DNA from: Paraspadella gotoi
Lineage: Eukaryota > Animalia > Chaetognatha
NCBI GenBank assembly: GCA_051294375.1
Contig: CM119271.1
Coordinates: forward strand, 13,135,039 to 13,199,038
DNA: 64,000 bases
Reading direction: 5' to 3'
Position 1 is the stretch's first letter. Each line of letters begins with the position of its first letter. Shown here piece after piece: positions 1 to 12,548 of this stretch. The notes beneath the pieces were generated by a model. The model was not told where the DNA came from and did no database searches. It saw only the letters and a program-made list of their open reading frames with translations. A program made the translations under genes and the position numbers.

Positions 1-335
1 ACTTTGATACATTTGCTGGATGGGATCACCCATGTAGGGGTTCACGCCTGCTTCACAGTAAGAGGTAACAAAAATATTGTAAATTGTAATATGAAATTGG
101 TTGAACCAATATAGAAAGTAACAATTCACTTAATAAACAATTTAAACATTAAACAAGCTATTTTGCGCCTGACTTTTGAATATGGAGGCCTCCATTCCTC
201 TTACAAGATAATTAACTAATTATGTATATTATATTAAAAATATATTATTCAATTTTGTCTCTGCTAGTTATTTTTTTGGATTTTTATCTCTTCATTTCTT
301 GTTATAATTTGCGAGACATACAACTATTTTCTCAC

Positions 336-681
336 CAGCTTTTCCAGCTGCGCTTCCGAACGGCACCAAGTTGAAGGAAGGTTGGAACCCGGAACTCACG
401 ATGTTGGTGTTGTTGTTGCTGCGCATGAAGTCGATCGTCGACGTCGTCATTATCGGAGGCGGAAACGAAGCAGACGACGACGGCTTCAAATCGGCGTCAG
501 CCTCGCATTCCGACCCAGTCCTGCCCCGCTCCTCCGACAAAGTCCTGCCACGCTCCTCCGACCCAGTCTTGCCCCGCTCCTCCGACCCAGTCTTGCCCCG
601 CTCCTCCGACCCAGTCTTGCCCCGCTCCTCAGATCCTAGACCCTTCAAAGTCTTGGCGAGCGTCGCGGGATCAATGACGAC
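336..681 (-). CDS. Myosin XV-like tail exon (low complexity, contains GSEERGKT repeats)
   Basis: Acceptor ttcaacag|GTC at 682-684 and donor GCTG|gtgag at 335. Phase 0 join to the upstream exon (..RDVDK|VVIDPATL..). Confidence 0.7.
510..629. repeat. 24-bp exonic tandem repeat, 5 copies (ccgacccagtcttgccccgctcct)
   Basis: Directly visible; encodes (GSEERGKT)n on the minus strand. Confidence 0.95.
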
Positions 682-906
682 CTGTTGAAAGTTCTTTAAT
701 CTCATTTGCATATAGTAGTAAATTTTTTTAAAGTGTATTAGGTCTATTCTCTGTGTAATATGCGGCTTTTTTTTAGGTTTTAGAGCGTTTATTTATATTG
801 TTTATTAGACTAAACGATTTATTGATATTTTTTTTTATATTTTGTTAATTGATTTTAATGATTGAGACATAGAGAGTTTAATTCTAAACCCCTTATCAGT
901 TATCAC

Positions 907-1347
907 CTTGTCGACGTCTCTCAAGGCGATCTCGAAGACGCGGTCGACGAACCCATCCAGACTCTCGCCGGAATTCGTCGTCGTCGTCATCTTCGGCGTC
1001 ACTCCGTGGTAGCGTTGATTCAGCGCCGACGTCCGCGAGAGACTCAAGTTCCTTTCTCCAGAGGGCGTTGCAGAATGGAGAGAAGACGCCGCGACGATGT
1101 CGACGAGAGGGGCGCCGGAATCCGTGGCGGGGCACCCGACGGCGTCGAAAACGAAACCGTCGCCGAGAAGCTCGAAACCGACGCCTCCGCTGCTGCCGCC
1201 GACCTCCTCGAACGACAGGCTCCACCCGCATCTTTCGGCTTCGGGGATGTCGGCCAATCCGCCCAAAGCTGCCGCCGCCAACTTGGACGCCGTCGTCCAC
1301 GAATCGACTTCGCAGGCGATCGTCTCCCTCTCCCGATAAAATCCGAC
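907..1347 (-). CDS. Myosin XV-like exon following the first MyTH4 domain
   Basis: ccttag|GTC acceptor and CAAG|gtgat donor; 441 nt open. VGFYRERETIACEVDSWTTASKLAAAALGG..GWSLSF..FELLGDGFVFDAVG resembles the 'SWTT..GWSVS..LAG.DFVLDLI' segment of class XV myosins. Confidence 0.75.
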
Positions 1348-1506
1348 CTAAGGTAAATTTCTTTTAGCTTTTTATTATTGAAAATAAGATATATTTATAG
1401 GATGAATGAATAGTTAAAAAGTAATAAATGATTATCAAAATGCCTTTAAATTAAAAAANNNNNNNNNNNNNNNNNNNNNNNNNCCCGCTGACCGAGATGC
1501 GAAAGG

Positions 1507-1509
<3 letters not shown>

Positions 1510-1572
<63 letters not shown>

Positions 1573-1756
1573 TTCGAGGATTCAGGCAGCCTGGCGGGGA
1601 TTCATGTCAGTAGGAGGATTAATGCCTGGCGATGAGGGATCAGCCGACCTGGCGGGTATTCTGGTCAGGTGATTGAGGGGTCAGGGGAGTGAGAGAATCC
1701 ATAGATAATAGAGATTTTAGGGCCGCGACGAATTTTTTTCTTTTTTTTTTTTTTTT

Positions 1757-1813
<57 letters not shown>

Positions 1814-1847
1814 TTTTTTTTTTTTTTTTTTTTTTTTTTTTCTTTTT

Positions 1848-1900
<53 letters not shown>

Positions 1901-1915
1901 TATTTTTTTTTTTTT
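1510..1915. repeat. poly(C) run (~60 nt) and poly(T) run (~180 nt) next to a gap; probably read/gap-fill artefacts
   Basis: Both runs are absent from the homologous copy at 5950-6180. Confidence 0.7.
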
Positions 1916-2058
1916 AAGCCTACATATTGGCTCGAACAATTTCACATGAAGAAAATGGTATCTTCGTGAGAAAGATTTCTTTTAAAATATCTGATTTTAC
2001 TTTCAATTTTCGCTCGACTCTTTCTCTCACTCGCCCTTAAATTTCTCGGACCAATCAG

Positions 2059-3578
2059 AGAGCGTTTCCATCGCCTCGTGACGTCAGCGATCGTCATCCC
2101 AAAAGAATTTCCGCGCTTTCGTCAGCGACGGTCGTTTCACGCTCAACGAAATGCGCGATACGAATTCAGTCGAGGTAAATATTGATTAATTAATTATTGA
2201 TAAAATTATATTAAATTTTATAACTATTAAATTGAATTAAATTAATAATTGAATTAATAAATGATTTTAAAATAAATAATCTAAATTCTCGATTAGCATC
2301 GTGTTGTCCTTTTGTTTCTTCGTCACTATTTTTGTTTTTGCTCAACAGATGGCGCATGATCATGAAGAAGCGCCTATACAGGAGTTGAAGGAACGCAACG
2401 CCGGAAGGCGGAACCGCGACCCAACGCGCTCAAGTCGGGTTTGAGAATGTTGAATCCGAGAAGATATTTTCCATCTCCATGGCGACGGATAGAAGACGAG
2501 ACGACGAGACGAAGACGACGACACGACGATACGGACGAGGCACTCATCCTCCTCCTCCTCTCCTCTCTCGCCTTCGACCGACCAAATTCTGTCTCCGACG
2601 TCGCGACGGCGTCCAACCGCTTCGTCTCTTGGACGTCTCCCTTCCGCCGGATTTCGAAGCGTCAGCGTCTCCAGCGGCGCCTGGCCATGCCAATTACGGC
2701 GCCGGCCACGCCAGCGCGCGCCGTCCACGCCAACGCTGCGGCGCCGCCCACTCTGAGCTTCGTCGAAAACATATTGCAAAGTAATTTTTTTTGTTCAATT
2801 AAATGAGATTTGATCCTTCAATCTTATTTGCATATTGTAGTTTTTTGATTTTTTTTAAAATTTTATTTATCTTCAGTAGAGTTCAAATACTTTTTTAGGA
2901 AATATTATTGTAACAGAGTGATTCTAGCGACTTTCATTTTCACAATATTATTTTGAATATTTTAATCGTATTAACCAAGTTTAATTTAATTTTTATTGTA
3001 AACTAATCTCTACAAGAACCGCGATCCTGACGCGGAGGAGAGAGTTCGATTGTCGAAGTTGCTTGTGGATGTGAGTCGGACGGAGGGTTGGGGAGACCCG
3101 ACGCCAGAGGGAGATCGTCCGGTTGGGTTCCTGCAATGTCTCGTCAGAGACGAGATCTTCAAGCTCATCTGCGACAGGATTAAAGGTGAATTCGTGAGAG
3201 GGGGGGGGTTTAAAAGTTGGAGTTGGGAATTTACTCTCTCTCTGCTCTCTCTCTCTGCTCTCTCTCTCTTTCCCAATCTATCTACCTCCCTCCCTCCCCT
3301 CCCATCTCCCACCTCCCCCCCGTCGCGAATCCATAGCCACCGCCTCTGGGAATTGCTCGCCCAGTGCTGCTCCTCCTTCTCCCCTTCCTCTTCCTCCCTC
3401 AAACGAGTCTTCAAGTTCGTCAGCGACTTCGCTCCGGAAAAGATCTCCTCAAAGCATCCTTCAGAGGAAGTTGCTGCAGTGCGTCGACGAAGGAGTTGAC
3501 GCCGAACGCAGCCGCCGACGCCCGTGGAGCGAGATGGAGAGCGAGAGTCTCCGTTCGCGACTCCCGATGTCTTTGGAG
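2059..3578 (+). CDS. Inverted, indel-rich copy of myosin IQ and MyTH4 exons (approx. 2059-2174, 2349-2780, 3017-3185, ~3312-3578)
   Basis: IQ motifs IVIQKNFRAF and AIRIQSR|WRMIM. MyTH4-like LVRDEIF and RLWELLAQCCSSFSPS..FKFVSDF..QRKLLQ. GT/AG boundaries present. Orientation is opposite to the rest of the gene. Confidence 0.75.
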
Positions 3579-3851
3579 GTCGGATTTGTAGAATTCTTTG
3601 TTTGTTTTGGAAAATGATAAAAATGAAGTAATATATAGAAGCCTTGGATGTTTCATAATATTTTGTGATCATGAAATTTTTTTTTTTTTAAATTTAAGAA
3701 AAAGGGTCATTCAATTCAACTTCAAAATAGGCCAAAATGAGTACAAATTCAGAAAGCTGAGCTCCTGGCGATTTCAAAATGTATCACTTAAACATTGATG
3801 CATTCTACCCCATTTATATCGTTTTAATTATAAATAAAATAAAAGAAACCT

Positions 3852-4106
3852 ATTGAAGAGTTGCAGTCAAACGAAAGCCAATCCATCTGATATTTTTTAT
3901 GAATTTTATGACTGAATCAAAATGTAATAGAGAGACATTTTTAAATTTCAACTTGTATCCTGAAATGAAACGTTTTAAACTTTAACCCTGAATTCTTCTA
4001 ACTGGAACGCGTTTACAAAATGTCTTTCTATTACATTTTACAAATGTTTTAATATTGCTAATCAATTTAATTCATATTAGCAGTCGTTAGGCTGCAACTC
4101 TTCAAT
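3852..4106. mobile_element. MITE-like element with ~30-bp imperfect terminal inverted repeats
   Basis: attgaagagttgcag (3852-3866) and ctgcaactcttcaat (4092-4106) form a perfect 15-bp IR that extends imperfectly inward; AT-rich non-coding interior. Confidence 0.6.
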
Positions 4107-4454
4107 TCAGTTAGATTCATTGTAGCTCGAATTCTTACCACTATTAACTGAAGATTTTGTTCATGACGGAAACAATAGAGTAACGAGATTAATTGTTTAA
4201 TTCTCCCTTCTAAACTATCCATACCGTGTTTTAACTTCTTACCTAGAATTTTAACAACCAGATTGAAAACAAATCTTAAAAAATGTGCTTACCCATTTAA
4301 CTAACAATTTGTTATTTACCATTAAAAAAAATGATGAAAACAGAATGAACACAATAAATAAGAACTTATTTTTTGTGATTACTGATGACTATAATGTATT
4401 TCTCGATATATTAGCTCTAACACATCAATGATACGTATGTTATGCTGAATGACC

Positions 4455-4542
4455 TTTCCTCTCTGCTCCAACTTCTTCTCCAGCGCCTCTCGCATGAAGA
4501 TCCGACTCGCGCCCAGTTGGAACTGCCCGTCCGCGGAAGGAC
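4455..4542 (-). pseudogene. Truncated extra copy of the myosin converter exon (GPSADGQFQLGASRIFMREALEKKLEQ)
   Basis: Acceptor cctctcag|GTCCTT is present; homology stops after LEQ. Confidence 0.7.
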
Positions 4543-4599
4543 CTGAGAGGCGACGAAGAGGGCGTTGGTGGTAATTGGATCATTGCAATCGTGCGTTGG

Positions 4600-4801
4600 C
4601 ATGGGAACGATTATCAGTTTATTGTTGAAGTGACTACATTGTTTAAACTCCTTTTTCGTAGCCATGGATCGGGTCCTGTGCCCTCCGGGCACGCAAGGCT
4701 GTTTTACAGCCGTCCTCACGCTTCGCGTAATAGGAAATATGTATTGGGTAGGGACTGAGGATTGAACCCGATACTTGTTGAGTCGTTGACTTTACTAAAT
4801 G
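4600..4801 (-). mobile_element. Possible tRNA-derived SINE fragment
   Basis: B-box-like GGTTCAATCCT on the minus strand at 4759-4769. The 5' end is lost in an N gap. GC-balanced island within an intron. Confidence 0.35.
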
Positions 4802-4811
4802 NNNNNNNNNN

Positions 4812-5120
4812 AGTCGCGAACGGAGACTCTCGCTCTCCATCTCGCTCCACGGGCGTCGGCGGCTGCGTTCGGCGTCAACTCCTTCGTCGACGCACTGCAG
4901 CAACTTCCTCTGAAGGATGCTCTTGAGGAGATCTTTCTCCGGAGCGAAGTCGCTGACGAACTTGAAGACTCGTTTGAGGGAGGAAGAGGAAGGGGAGAAG
5001 GAGGAGCAGCACTGGGCGAGCAATTCCCAGAGGCGGGTGGCTATGGATTCGCGACGGGGAAGGGAGGCTGGGAGATGGGAGGGGAGGGAGGGAGGTAGAT
5101 AGATTGGGAAAGAGAGAGAG

Positions 5121-5161
<41 letters not shown>

Positions 5162-5800
5162 CAGAGAGAGAGTAAATTCCCAACTCCAACTTTTAAACTC
5201 CCCCCACCCTCCACGAATTCACCTTTAATCCGGTCGCAGATGAGCATGAAGATCTCGTCTCTCGACGAGACATTGCAGGAACCCAACCGGACGATCTCCT
5301 CTCTGGCGTCGGGTCTCCCCAACCCTCCGTCCGACTCCACATCCACAAGCAACTTCGACAATCGAACTCTCTCCTCCGCGTCAGGATCGCGGTTCTTGTA
5401 GAGATTAGTTTACAATAAAAATTACAATTAAACTTGGTTAATACGATTAAAAATATTCAAAATAATATTGTGAAAATGAAAGTCGGCTAGAATCACTCTG
5501 TTACAATAATATTCCCTAAAAAGTATTTAAAACTCTACTGAAGAATAACTAAAAAATAATTTATTTTATAAATTAAAATAGTACAATATGCAAATAAGAT
5601 TGAAGGATCAAATCTCATTCAAATTAAACTAAAAAAAAATTACTTTGCAATATGTTTTCGACGAAGTTCCAGAATGGGCGACGCCGCAGTTAGCGTGGCC
5701 GACGCCGCAGCTGGCGTGGCCGGCGCCGTAATTGGCATGGCCGGCGCCGCTGGAGACGCTGACGGCTTCGAAATCCGGCGGAAGGGAGACGTCCAAGAGA
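4812..5800 (-). CDS. Myosin post-IQ and MyTH4 exons in the gene's expected orientation (partial, bounded by gaps)
   Basis: Reverse complement of ~2625-3560. LLDVSLPPDFEA..KHIAK, RDEIFMLICDRIK, LAQCCSSFSPSSSSLKRVFKFVSDFAPEKDLLKSILQRKLLQ. Confidence 0.75.
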
Positions 5801-5853
5801 NNNNNNNNNNNNNNNNNNNNNNNNNGGGGGAAAGAGATTCGTCGCCTCTCCAG

Positions 5854-6835
5854 GTCCTTCCGCGGGACGGGCAGTTTCCAAAACTGGGCGCGAGTCGGAT
5901 CTTCATGCGAGAGGCGCTGGAGAAGAAGTTGGAGCAAGACGCGGTCGACGAAGATGCGGAAAGGGGCCACGAGGATTCAGGCCGCCTGGCGGGGATTCAT
6001 CGTCAGGTGAGGAAAGAATAATCGCCTGGCGATGAGGGGATTCATGCCGCCTGGCGGGTAATTTATCGTCAGGTGATTAAGGGAGTCAGGCGGCGTGAAA
6101 AGTAAAAAAATGCATTTATGGTAAAAACAAAAGAGATTTTAGGGCCGCCTGACGAATTGTGGCTCGAAAATTTCACTGAAAGAAAATGGTATCTTTCGTG
6201 AGAAAAATTAAATTTGATTTTTTTCCAATTTCGCTCGACTCTTCTCTCACATCGCCCTTAAATTTCTCGGACCAATCAGAAAGCGTTTCCATCGCCTCGT
6301 GACGTCAGCGATCGTCATCCAAAAGAATTTCCGCGCTTTCGTCAGCGACGGTCGTTTCACGCTCAACGAGAATGCGCGATACGAATTCAGTCGAGGTAAC
6401 AATTATTAATTAATTATTGATAAAAATTTAATAATAATTTACACTATTAAAAATTGAATTAAAATTGAAATTAAATGATTTTAAAAATAAATAATCAAAT
6501 TCTCTATTAGCATTGTGTTGTCCTTTTGTTTCTTTGTCACTATTTTTGTTTTTGCTCAACAGATGGCGCATGATCATGAAGAAGGCCTTAACGAGAATTG
6601 AAGGAACGCAACGCCGGAAGGCGGAACCGCGACACCAACGCGCTCAAGTCGGGTTTGAGAATGTTGAATCCGAGGAAGATATATTCCATCTCCATGGCGA
6701 CGGATAGGAAGACGGAGACGACGAAGAACGACGACAACGACGACGACAAACGCCACTCATCCTCCTCTTCTCTCCTCCTCGCCGTCGACCGACCAAATTC
6801 TGTCTCCGACGTCGCGACGGCGTCCAACCGCTTCG
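5854..6835 (+). CDS. Inverted copy of myosin converter/IQ exons (5854-6006, 6280-6395, 6563-~6835)
   Basis: LGASRIFMREALEKKLEQ..KMRKGATRIQAAWRGFIVR and IQ exons with GT/AG ends. Switches abruptly to the minus-strand copy at ~6836-6918. Confidence 0.75.
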
Positions 6836-7388
6836 GGCCTGAATCCTCGTGGCCCCTTTCCGCATCTTCGTCGAGCGGGTCTGCTCCAACTTCTTCTCCA
6901 GCGCCTCTCGCATGAAGANNNNNNNNNNNNNNNNNNNNNNNNNNNNNNNNNNNNNNNNNNNNNNNNNNNNNNNNNNNNNNNNNNNNNNNNNNNNNNNNNN
7001 NNNNNNNNNNNNNNNNNNNNNNNNNNNNNNNNNNNNNNNNNNNNNNNNNNNNNNNNNNNNNNNNNNNNNNNNNNNNNNNNNNNNNNNNNNNNNNNNNNNN
7101 NNNNNNNNNNNNNNNNNNNNNNNNNNNNNNNNNNNNNNNNNNNNNNNNNNNNNNNNNNNNNNNNNNNNNNNNNNNNNNNNNNNNNNNNNNNNNNNNNNNN
7201 NNNNNNNNNNNNNNNNNNNNNNNNNNNNNNNNNNNNNNNNNNNNNNNNNNNNNNNNNNNNNNNNNNNNNNNNNNNNACTAAATGACCCATCGGGACAAAC
7301 CGGAAAAATTCCCGGTCGGTATATCATTTATGAATTAGAATTAATTAAATAATAATTAACTTTTTCACGATATATGATCTTCGTTTAC

Positions 7389-7552
7389 CTAAACTTTCCA
7401 ATATGGCGAGACACGCTTCCGCTAGCGGCGTCGACGACGACGACGACGTCGCTCCGATAGAGTTGAGCCGTCTCTCTTTCGGAAGGAGACATTTGTAACG
7501 ATCCACCATCGAGATGATCTTCATGCGAATCGGGTAACCGAGTTTGCGGATT
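7389..7552 (-). CDS. Myosin motor exon IRKLGYPIRMKIISMVDRYKCLL..ACLAILESL (missed by the ORF track)
   Basis: ccttccag|AATC acceptor and TTAG|gtaaac donor. Phase 2 start matches the LETIR exon; phase 1 end matches the GPSADG exon. Classic myosin 'IR..GYP.R' motif. Confidence 0.9.
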
Positions 7553-7794
7553 CTGGAAGGGGGGAAGGAAAAGGGGTACGGGGTAAGGAAGAGGGGTTAG
7601 AGAGGGGGTGGAGAAGAGATATTGTCAAGTTTCGATTTCAGTCGGGGTATTTCTCGTGATTCGATGCGAGATGCTGTTTGTTGCGCCTCACTAAACAGGG
7701 AGCCTAACATTTGCCGAATTTAGAAACGCATCTTCAACATAATTATGGACTTTAGCTTAATGAATATTATTAACAATAGCGAAGTACGGAGACA

Positions 7795-7803
7795 GTGAAA
7801 AGA

Positions 7804-7870
<67 letters not shown>

Positions 7871-8490
7871 AGAGAGCAAATCCTTCCATCTGCTGACGAA
7901 AATCCTTCTTCTCTCTCTGCAACTCAATTCCTTCTGAGTAAATTTTCCTTTCGTATCGTTCTGCAGAATTAAAAAGAAAAGTTTTTTTTTCTAGACAAGA
8001 AGAGAATGAGTGGAATCGACGTCGTCGTGTCGTCGTCGTCGTCGTTGTCCGTCGTCGCGTAGTCGGGTCGACGGGATTGTCAGTCGTTGTTGTTATCGTA
8101 GAAGCATTCAATCATCATCATCAATCCATCATGCATCATAATCATCATCATCATCATCATCATCATCACATCATCATCAGTCGTCGTTTGAGAGTCAAAC
8201 CTCGTATCATTCGACCTTTCGTTCTGTTACGTCGGTCAAAAAAGAATTGAAGATGCAGGATCGAGGATTCCGTTTTCGCGATCCTCGTAGAATGAGACGA
8301 GGGGGAGGGGGCGGAGAGGGGAGGAGGAGGAGGAGGAGGAAGAGGATGGAAAGAAGAAGAGGAGAGGAGAAGGAGGAGGAAGAGAGGGGGAAGAGGAGAG
8401 GAAGAGAAGGAAAAGAAAGAAGAGGAAGAGAAAAAAGAGGAAGAAGGAGAATGAGGAGGAGAGGTAGAGGAAGAGAAGGACGAGCAAAAA
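7795..8490. repeat. Microsatellite cluster: (GA)n, (GTC)n, (CAT)n and a purine-rich GAG/GAA tract
   Basis: Directly visible; the homologous stretch at 13150-14030 is mostly N. Confidence 0.9.
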
Positions 8491-8758
8491 GAAAAAAACC
8501 GCGACAAACGTTTTTTGCTCCCTTAATTTTTCTCAATTATTTTTCTTTTCACTTTTATTTTCCAAGATTTAACTTTTGTTTTCCACCGTCTCCTCGAATT
8601 CAAAATTCTGTTTTCCTCTATTTAAACGAAACGTCTTTTTTTTTTTTTTTCTAAATTCGAATTATCCCCGCGCGCGATTTCGACTTTCCCCTGCGTTTTC
8701 CCCCACATCGCGTCGCATCCGTCGCGCGAATGGTGGAACGATTCAAAATGGGCCGCCG

Positions 8759-11700
8759 ATGCGGACGAAGGATGTTGGGACTTTTTATTCGCAATTTGTT
8801 TCTGTCTTGTCTTCTTAATCCGCAGAGGCTGTTCCGATGAACGTGGAGTTTGAAAATTAATAATCGGAGACCAGTTTTTTAAAAAGTTAAATAATTATAA
8901 TTCTAATATTAATTACTTAAATGATATTAAATTATGTTTTCGAAAATGGCAAAACAAATATAAAATGTTTTTTTCGAACGATAAATTAATTATTAATTAT
9001 TAATTATTAATTATTTTGTTGTTAAAGCTCTTGAAGACAATTTAAATAAATTATAAGATTCTATCCGTTTCGTATTTGATGGCAGATACCGCTGCCACCA
9101 CGCGGGACCGATCAAAGGGAGATTGCAACTCCGCGTCCCATTGTTCTACGACGCTTCAAGGGAGCTGCGTCCGCTTTCTCCTACAGCGGTGCCACGGCAA
9201 CGCCAAACCGTTTCTCCTCTCATTCGCCTGCGAGTCTCTCTGCAAGGGCGTCACCATTCGCCTGCCGAATCTCCGACCAGGGCCTGCTTGTCCTTTCCCA
9301 GCCTGCCGTGCGACCATTGGGGCTTTCTGCCACCCACATGTGCGCGCCATTTCGAGACGCCTCGTGCCCGACGGGGCTAAAAGTGGTTGCTTCAAACGGC
9401 TGCGGCTTTCAATGCGTACAATCCGGGAAGCCGGGAGTTTGGGCGAGAAAGGCGGGCAGGTGTCCGACTGGTCCGCGTAGAGGCAGCTTGACGCCCTGCA
9501 TGTCGGAACATCTCTTGCGACGGGCGTGAGAATGCTGCGGAGAAGAAGGGAGTCGGTGTGCTCATATGCCGATGAAGATGCGGACGATCGACTCGAGGAA
9601 ACCAGAACCACTAAGCATCACCACATCAACAACGAGGGCAACTACAACATCAAGTTCTCCAGGCGACGTCATCTGCCCGCTCATCGCCCACCGCAGTTGC
9701 GTAGCGTTTCCTCAGGTAGAGCAAGTAGACAAATTGTTAATGAAAGAGAAATAAAAAATAAATAGCATCGGTATTCATTGTGTGAAAATTCATTATCATA
9801 TTGATTTAGATAATGGTGAAAATATATTTACTATTTTTAAAACTAAAAACTAAAGATTAGCAAAACTGTTAATCATTCTGCGATGATGATAATGATTTTT
9901 TCTTATATTTTTTTTAATAAAAAAAGAATTTATTTTATTTTCAAAACAACTTTTTTATGGTTTATTTCAATTCTGATTTTCAAAATATAAAAATTAACTT
10001 TCTTACTTCCATTAAAAATTAATATTACAAATTGTTTACTCGGGTACATAGTTCATTTAGAAAATTTTAATCGAGATTTGAAAGTTTATTCTCAGAAATG
10101 TATGTATAAATTCAAAAAGGATCTCTGCTTCACCGACTCCGACTGCTCCGCTGCGCCGGCGACCAAATGCGTCTTCGACGGCCTGCGCAGCTGCATCGAG
10201 GGCTACTATCGTGCCGCGACCCGGCGCTTCTTGCGTCCTCGCCGGGCGCCGTCGACGAAACGCGTTCCGGACGCGGCAAGAACCCAACGCCTCAGCCCTT
10301 ACAAATCTTCGGTTGGTGCCTTACCCGCAAAGTGCCTCACTCTGGTCGACCTTTCTTTCGCTGGCAGCTTGATTCAGAATGCGGATTCAAAGAGAAATGT
10401 GCTTCACAGGCTGCGGATACGAAATGCGGCTGCCGCAGCTGCCGACTTTTGCTGCGGTCGACGATGGCGGCCGAGACGAAGACGACGCCAGAAGATAACG
10501 ACGAACGCCGAAGACGACGACGACGACAACGAGACGGCGAAAAAATACGTGCGACGACGAAACCGACGAAGACGACGAACGACGACGACGAAAGACGACT
10601 TATAGTCCATCAATCACCACGAAGCCGACAAAAGGCGACGACAACGATCGTCGAAGCCGACACAAAACCACACAGACATACACCGAAGACGACCACAAAG
10701 CCGACAACGATGACGAACGAAGCCGACAACGACGAACGAGACGAACTCGTTCTAAAATCACCAGTCATCCGCAGCAACGATGACGAACTTCTCGCTGCAT
10801 CGACAAACTAACAAAGCCTTCATACGACATTCGTCCTCACGTCCGAGGATTCTCTCTCACTCGCTGATCAAGCCAGGATTTTTGCCGGCGACAAGAGAGA
10901 TTCGTTTGCAACGTCCACGGCGGCCGCAGCCGAACGGCGCCACCTTCTTACTATCTGGCCTGCAAAGACGACACCCACTGGCTTCGGCGACGCGAAAAAG
11001 TGCTGTTTCGACGTTGGGCTACGCCCTGCCAACGGCCCGTCCGGGGACTTGGCTACAGGCCGGGCGAGTTCGTGAGAAAGGAAGGGAGCTGCCGGCGCGG
11101 ACGGCGTCAACGCGGCCCGTGCGGCTCTGAGTTAGACGGAGATTGGCGGCGGAAGAGAGAAATGCTGCGAGACGATGGCGGGTCGGGAGTGTTCGAGCCG
11201 AGAGGCTTCGAGGCGCGGACGAGCCGTTGGCGGAGTTGGATCGTCGTCGATAGATCCAGTTGGGCGCAAAGAGGGCGCTGGATGCTTGGGGCATGGGCCA
11301 ACGGCCCCATGTCGTATTTAGAGGGAGTCGGTAGCCAAGGGTCTTCTCTATCTATTCGACGCGCCGTTCGGTCCATTCGGCGAAGGGGGCGCCGTGGTCC
11401 CGTCACTCGAGGGTGAAATGCTCCGAGATCTGCCCGTGAAAGTCGGCGGCTTCGTCGGCGAAGAGGACGCCTTCGATCGTGGAGTTGCTCGACGCTTCCA
11501 ACGCGGCGTCGGGATGTTATGGCGGCCGACGCCGTTGAAGACCCGCTTCGGGCGGGGCGTTGGAAGAGTGTTCGCGACCGAGTCCGGGAATAGTGGACGG
11601 CGCCACGCTCTCCAGTGTTTGATGAACGTACTCTGTATGGAGCGGACACGAGGGAACTCGTTTAAGGTTTTTTGGAGGGAGGGGCTGAGTGGAGGAGAGG

Positions 11701-12548
11701 GAGAGGGAGAGGAGAAGAAGGGAGAGAAAGAAAGAAAGAATAAAGAAGAAAAGAAAAGAAAAATAAGTCCAAGAGAAGAGATAGACTTGAATGACAAATT
11801 AATCTGCTACAGATATAGACATAAAAAGGAACAAAAACAAAGTTGTATTAAGAAACTAAGAAAAGGATAAAAGGGCGGGCGGATTATTGCGTGAGGCTGC
11901 CACGGCGGTGATTCGAAGAGTTTCGCTCTTCATTTTGAAGTTCGAAATTCGAATAGGGGCTGATGTTTGACTGGGAAACTATGGGTGAATGAACGAGATT
12001 GTGAAAATAGTCTTGATTGAAAGCTTGCAAGGTCCCCTCCGTCTGTTTGTTATTATCTTGTAACAAGGGATGGAGGCCTTAAACCACCATAGGTCGACCA
12101 AAGTCAGCGGAGAATAGCTTATTTATTTAAACGAATGGATAATTCTATATTTGGTTGTACGAATTTCATTAATTTTAGGGATTAAGAGGCAGGATGGCGG
12201 TTTTGGGACAAAAGGTCGAAGATTAATAATTTTTTCCTCTTTAACTTCATCGCAGACTAACGTCGTGGGCCGAGTCGTCCGCCGTGACGGTTCCGGCAGC
12301 CACAACGTCTCGGCTCCTGGGCCAGGATTTCGAGCAATGCCGAGTCACGCTGTTGCAGGCCGTGGCCGTAAAGAAAAAAAATAAAAAAAAAAAAAAAAAG
12401 AAGATGCGGGCCCTCGTTCCCAGATTCTATTACAATTGGGTCAGCTTGGAAAGTGTTCAAGTTTTTCTACGGCGGCTGCGATTGGACAGAAGAATAATTT
12501 CCAAACGGAGATGGAATTTTGAAAAAGTGTAGAGGGTACAAACCTTGA
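8759..12548 (+). pseudogene. Indel-riddled duplicate of the Kunitz/WAP/SOD-like gene (likely uncorrected read or haplotig)
   Basis: Colinear with 14287-18055, including introns and flanks. Single-base indels are scattered throughout exons and introns. Confidence 0.8.

Noticed and set aside
1640-1949. Poly-Lys/poly-Phe ORFs, and similar ORFs over (GA)n, GAG-rich and N tracts
   Set aside because: These are translations of homopolymers, microsatellites or gaps.
8759-12548. Genuine paralogue of the Kunitz/WAP gene
   Set aside because: Uniform single-base indels in exons, introns and flanks, bounded by gaps, look like uncorrected long-read sequence. An intron 2 length difference suggests at most the other haplotype.
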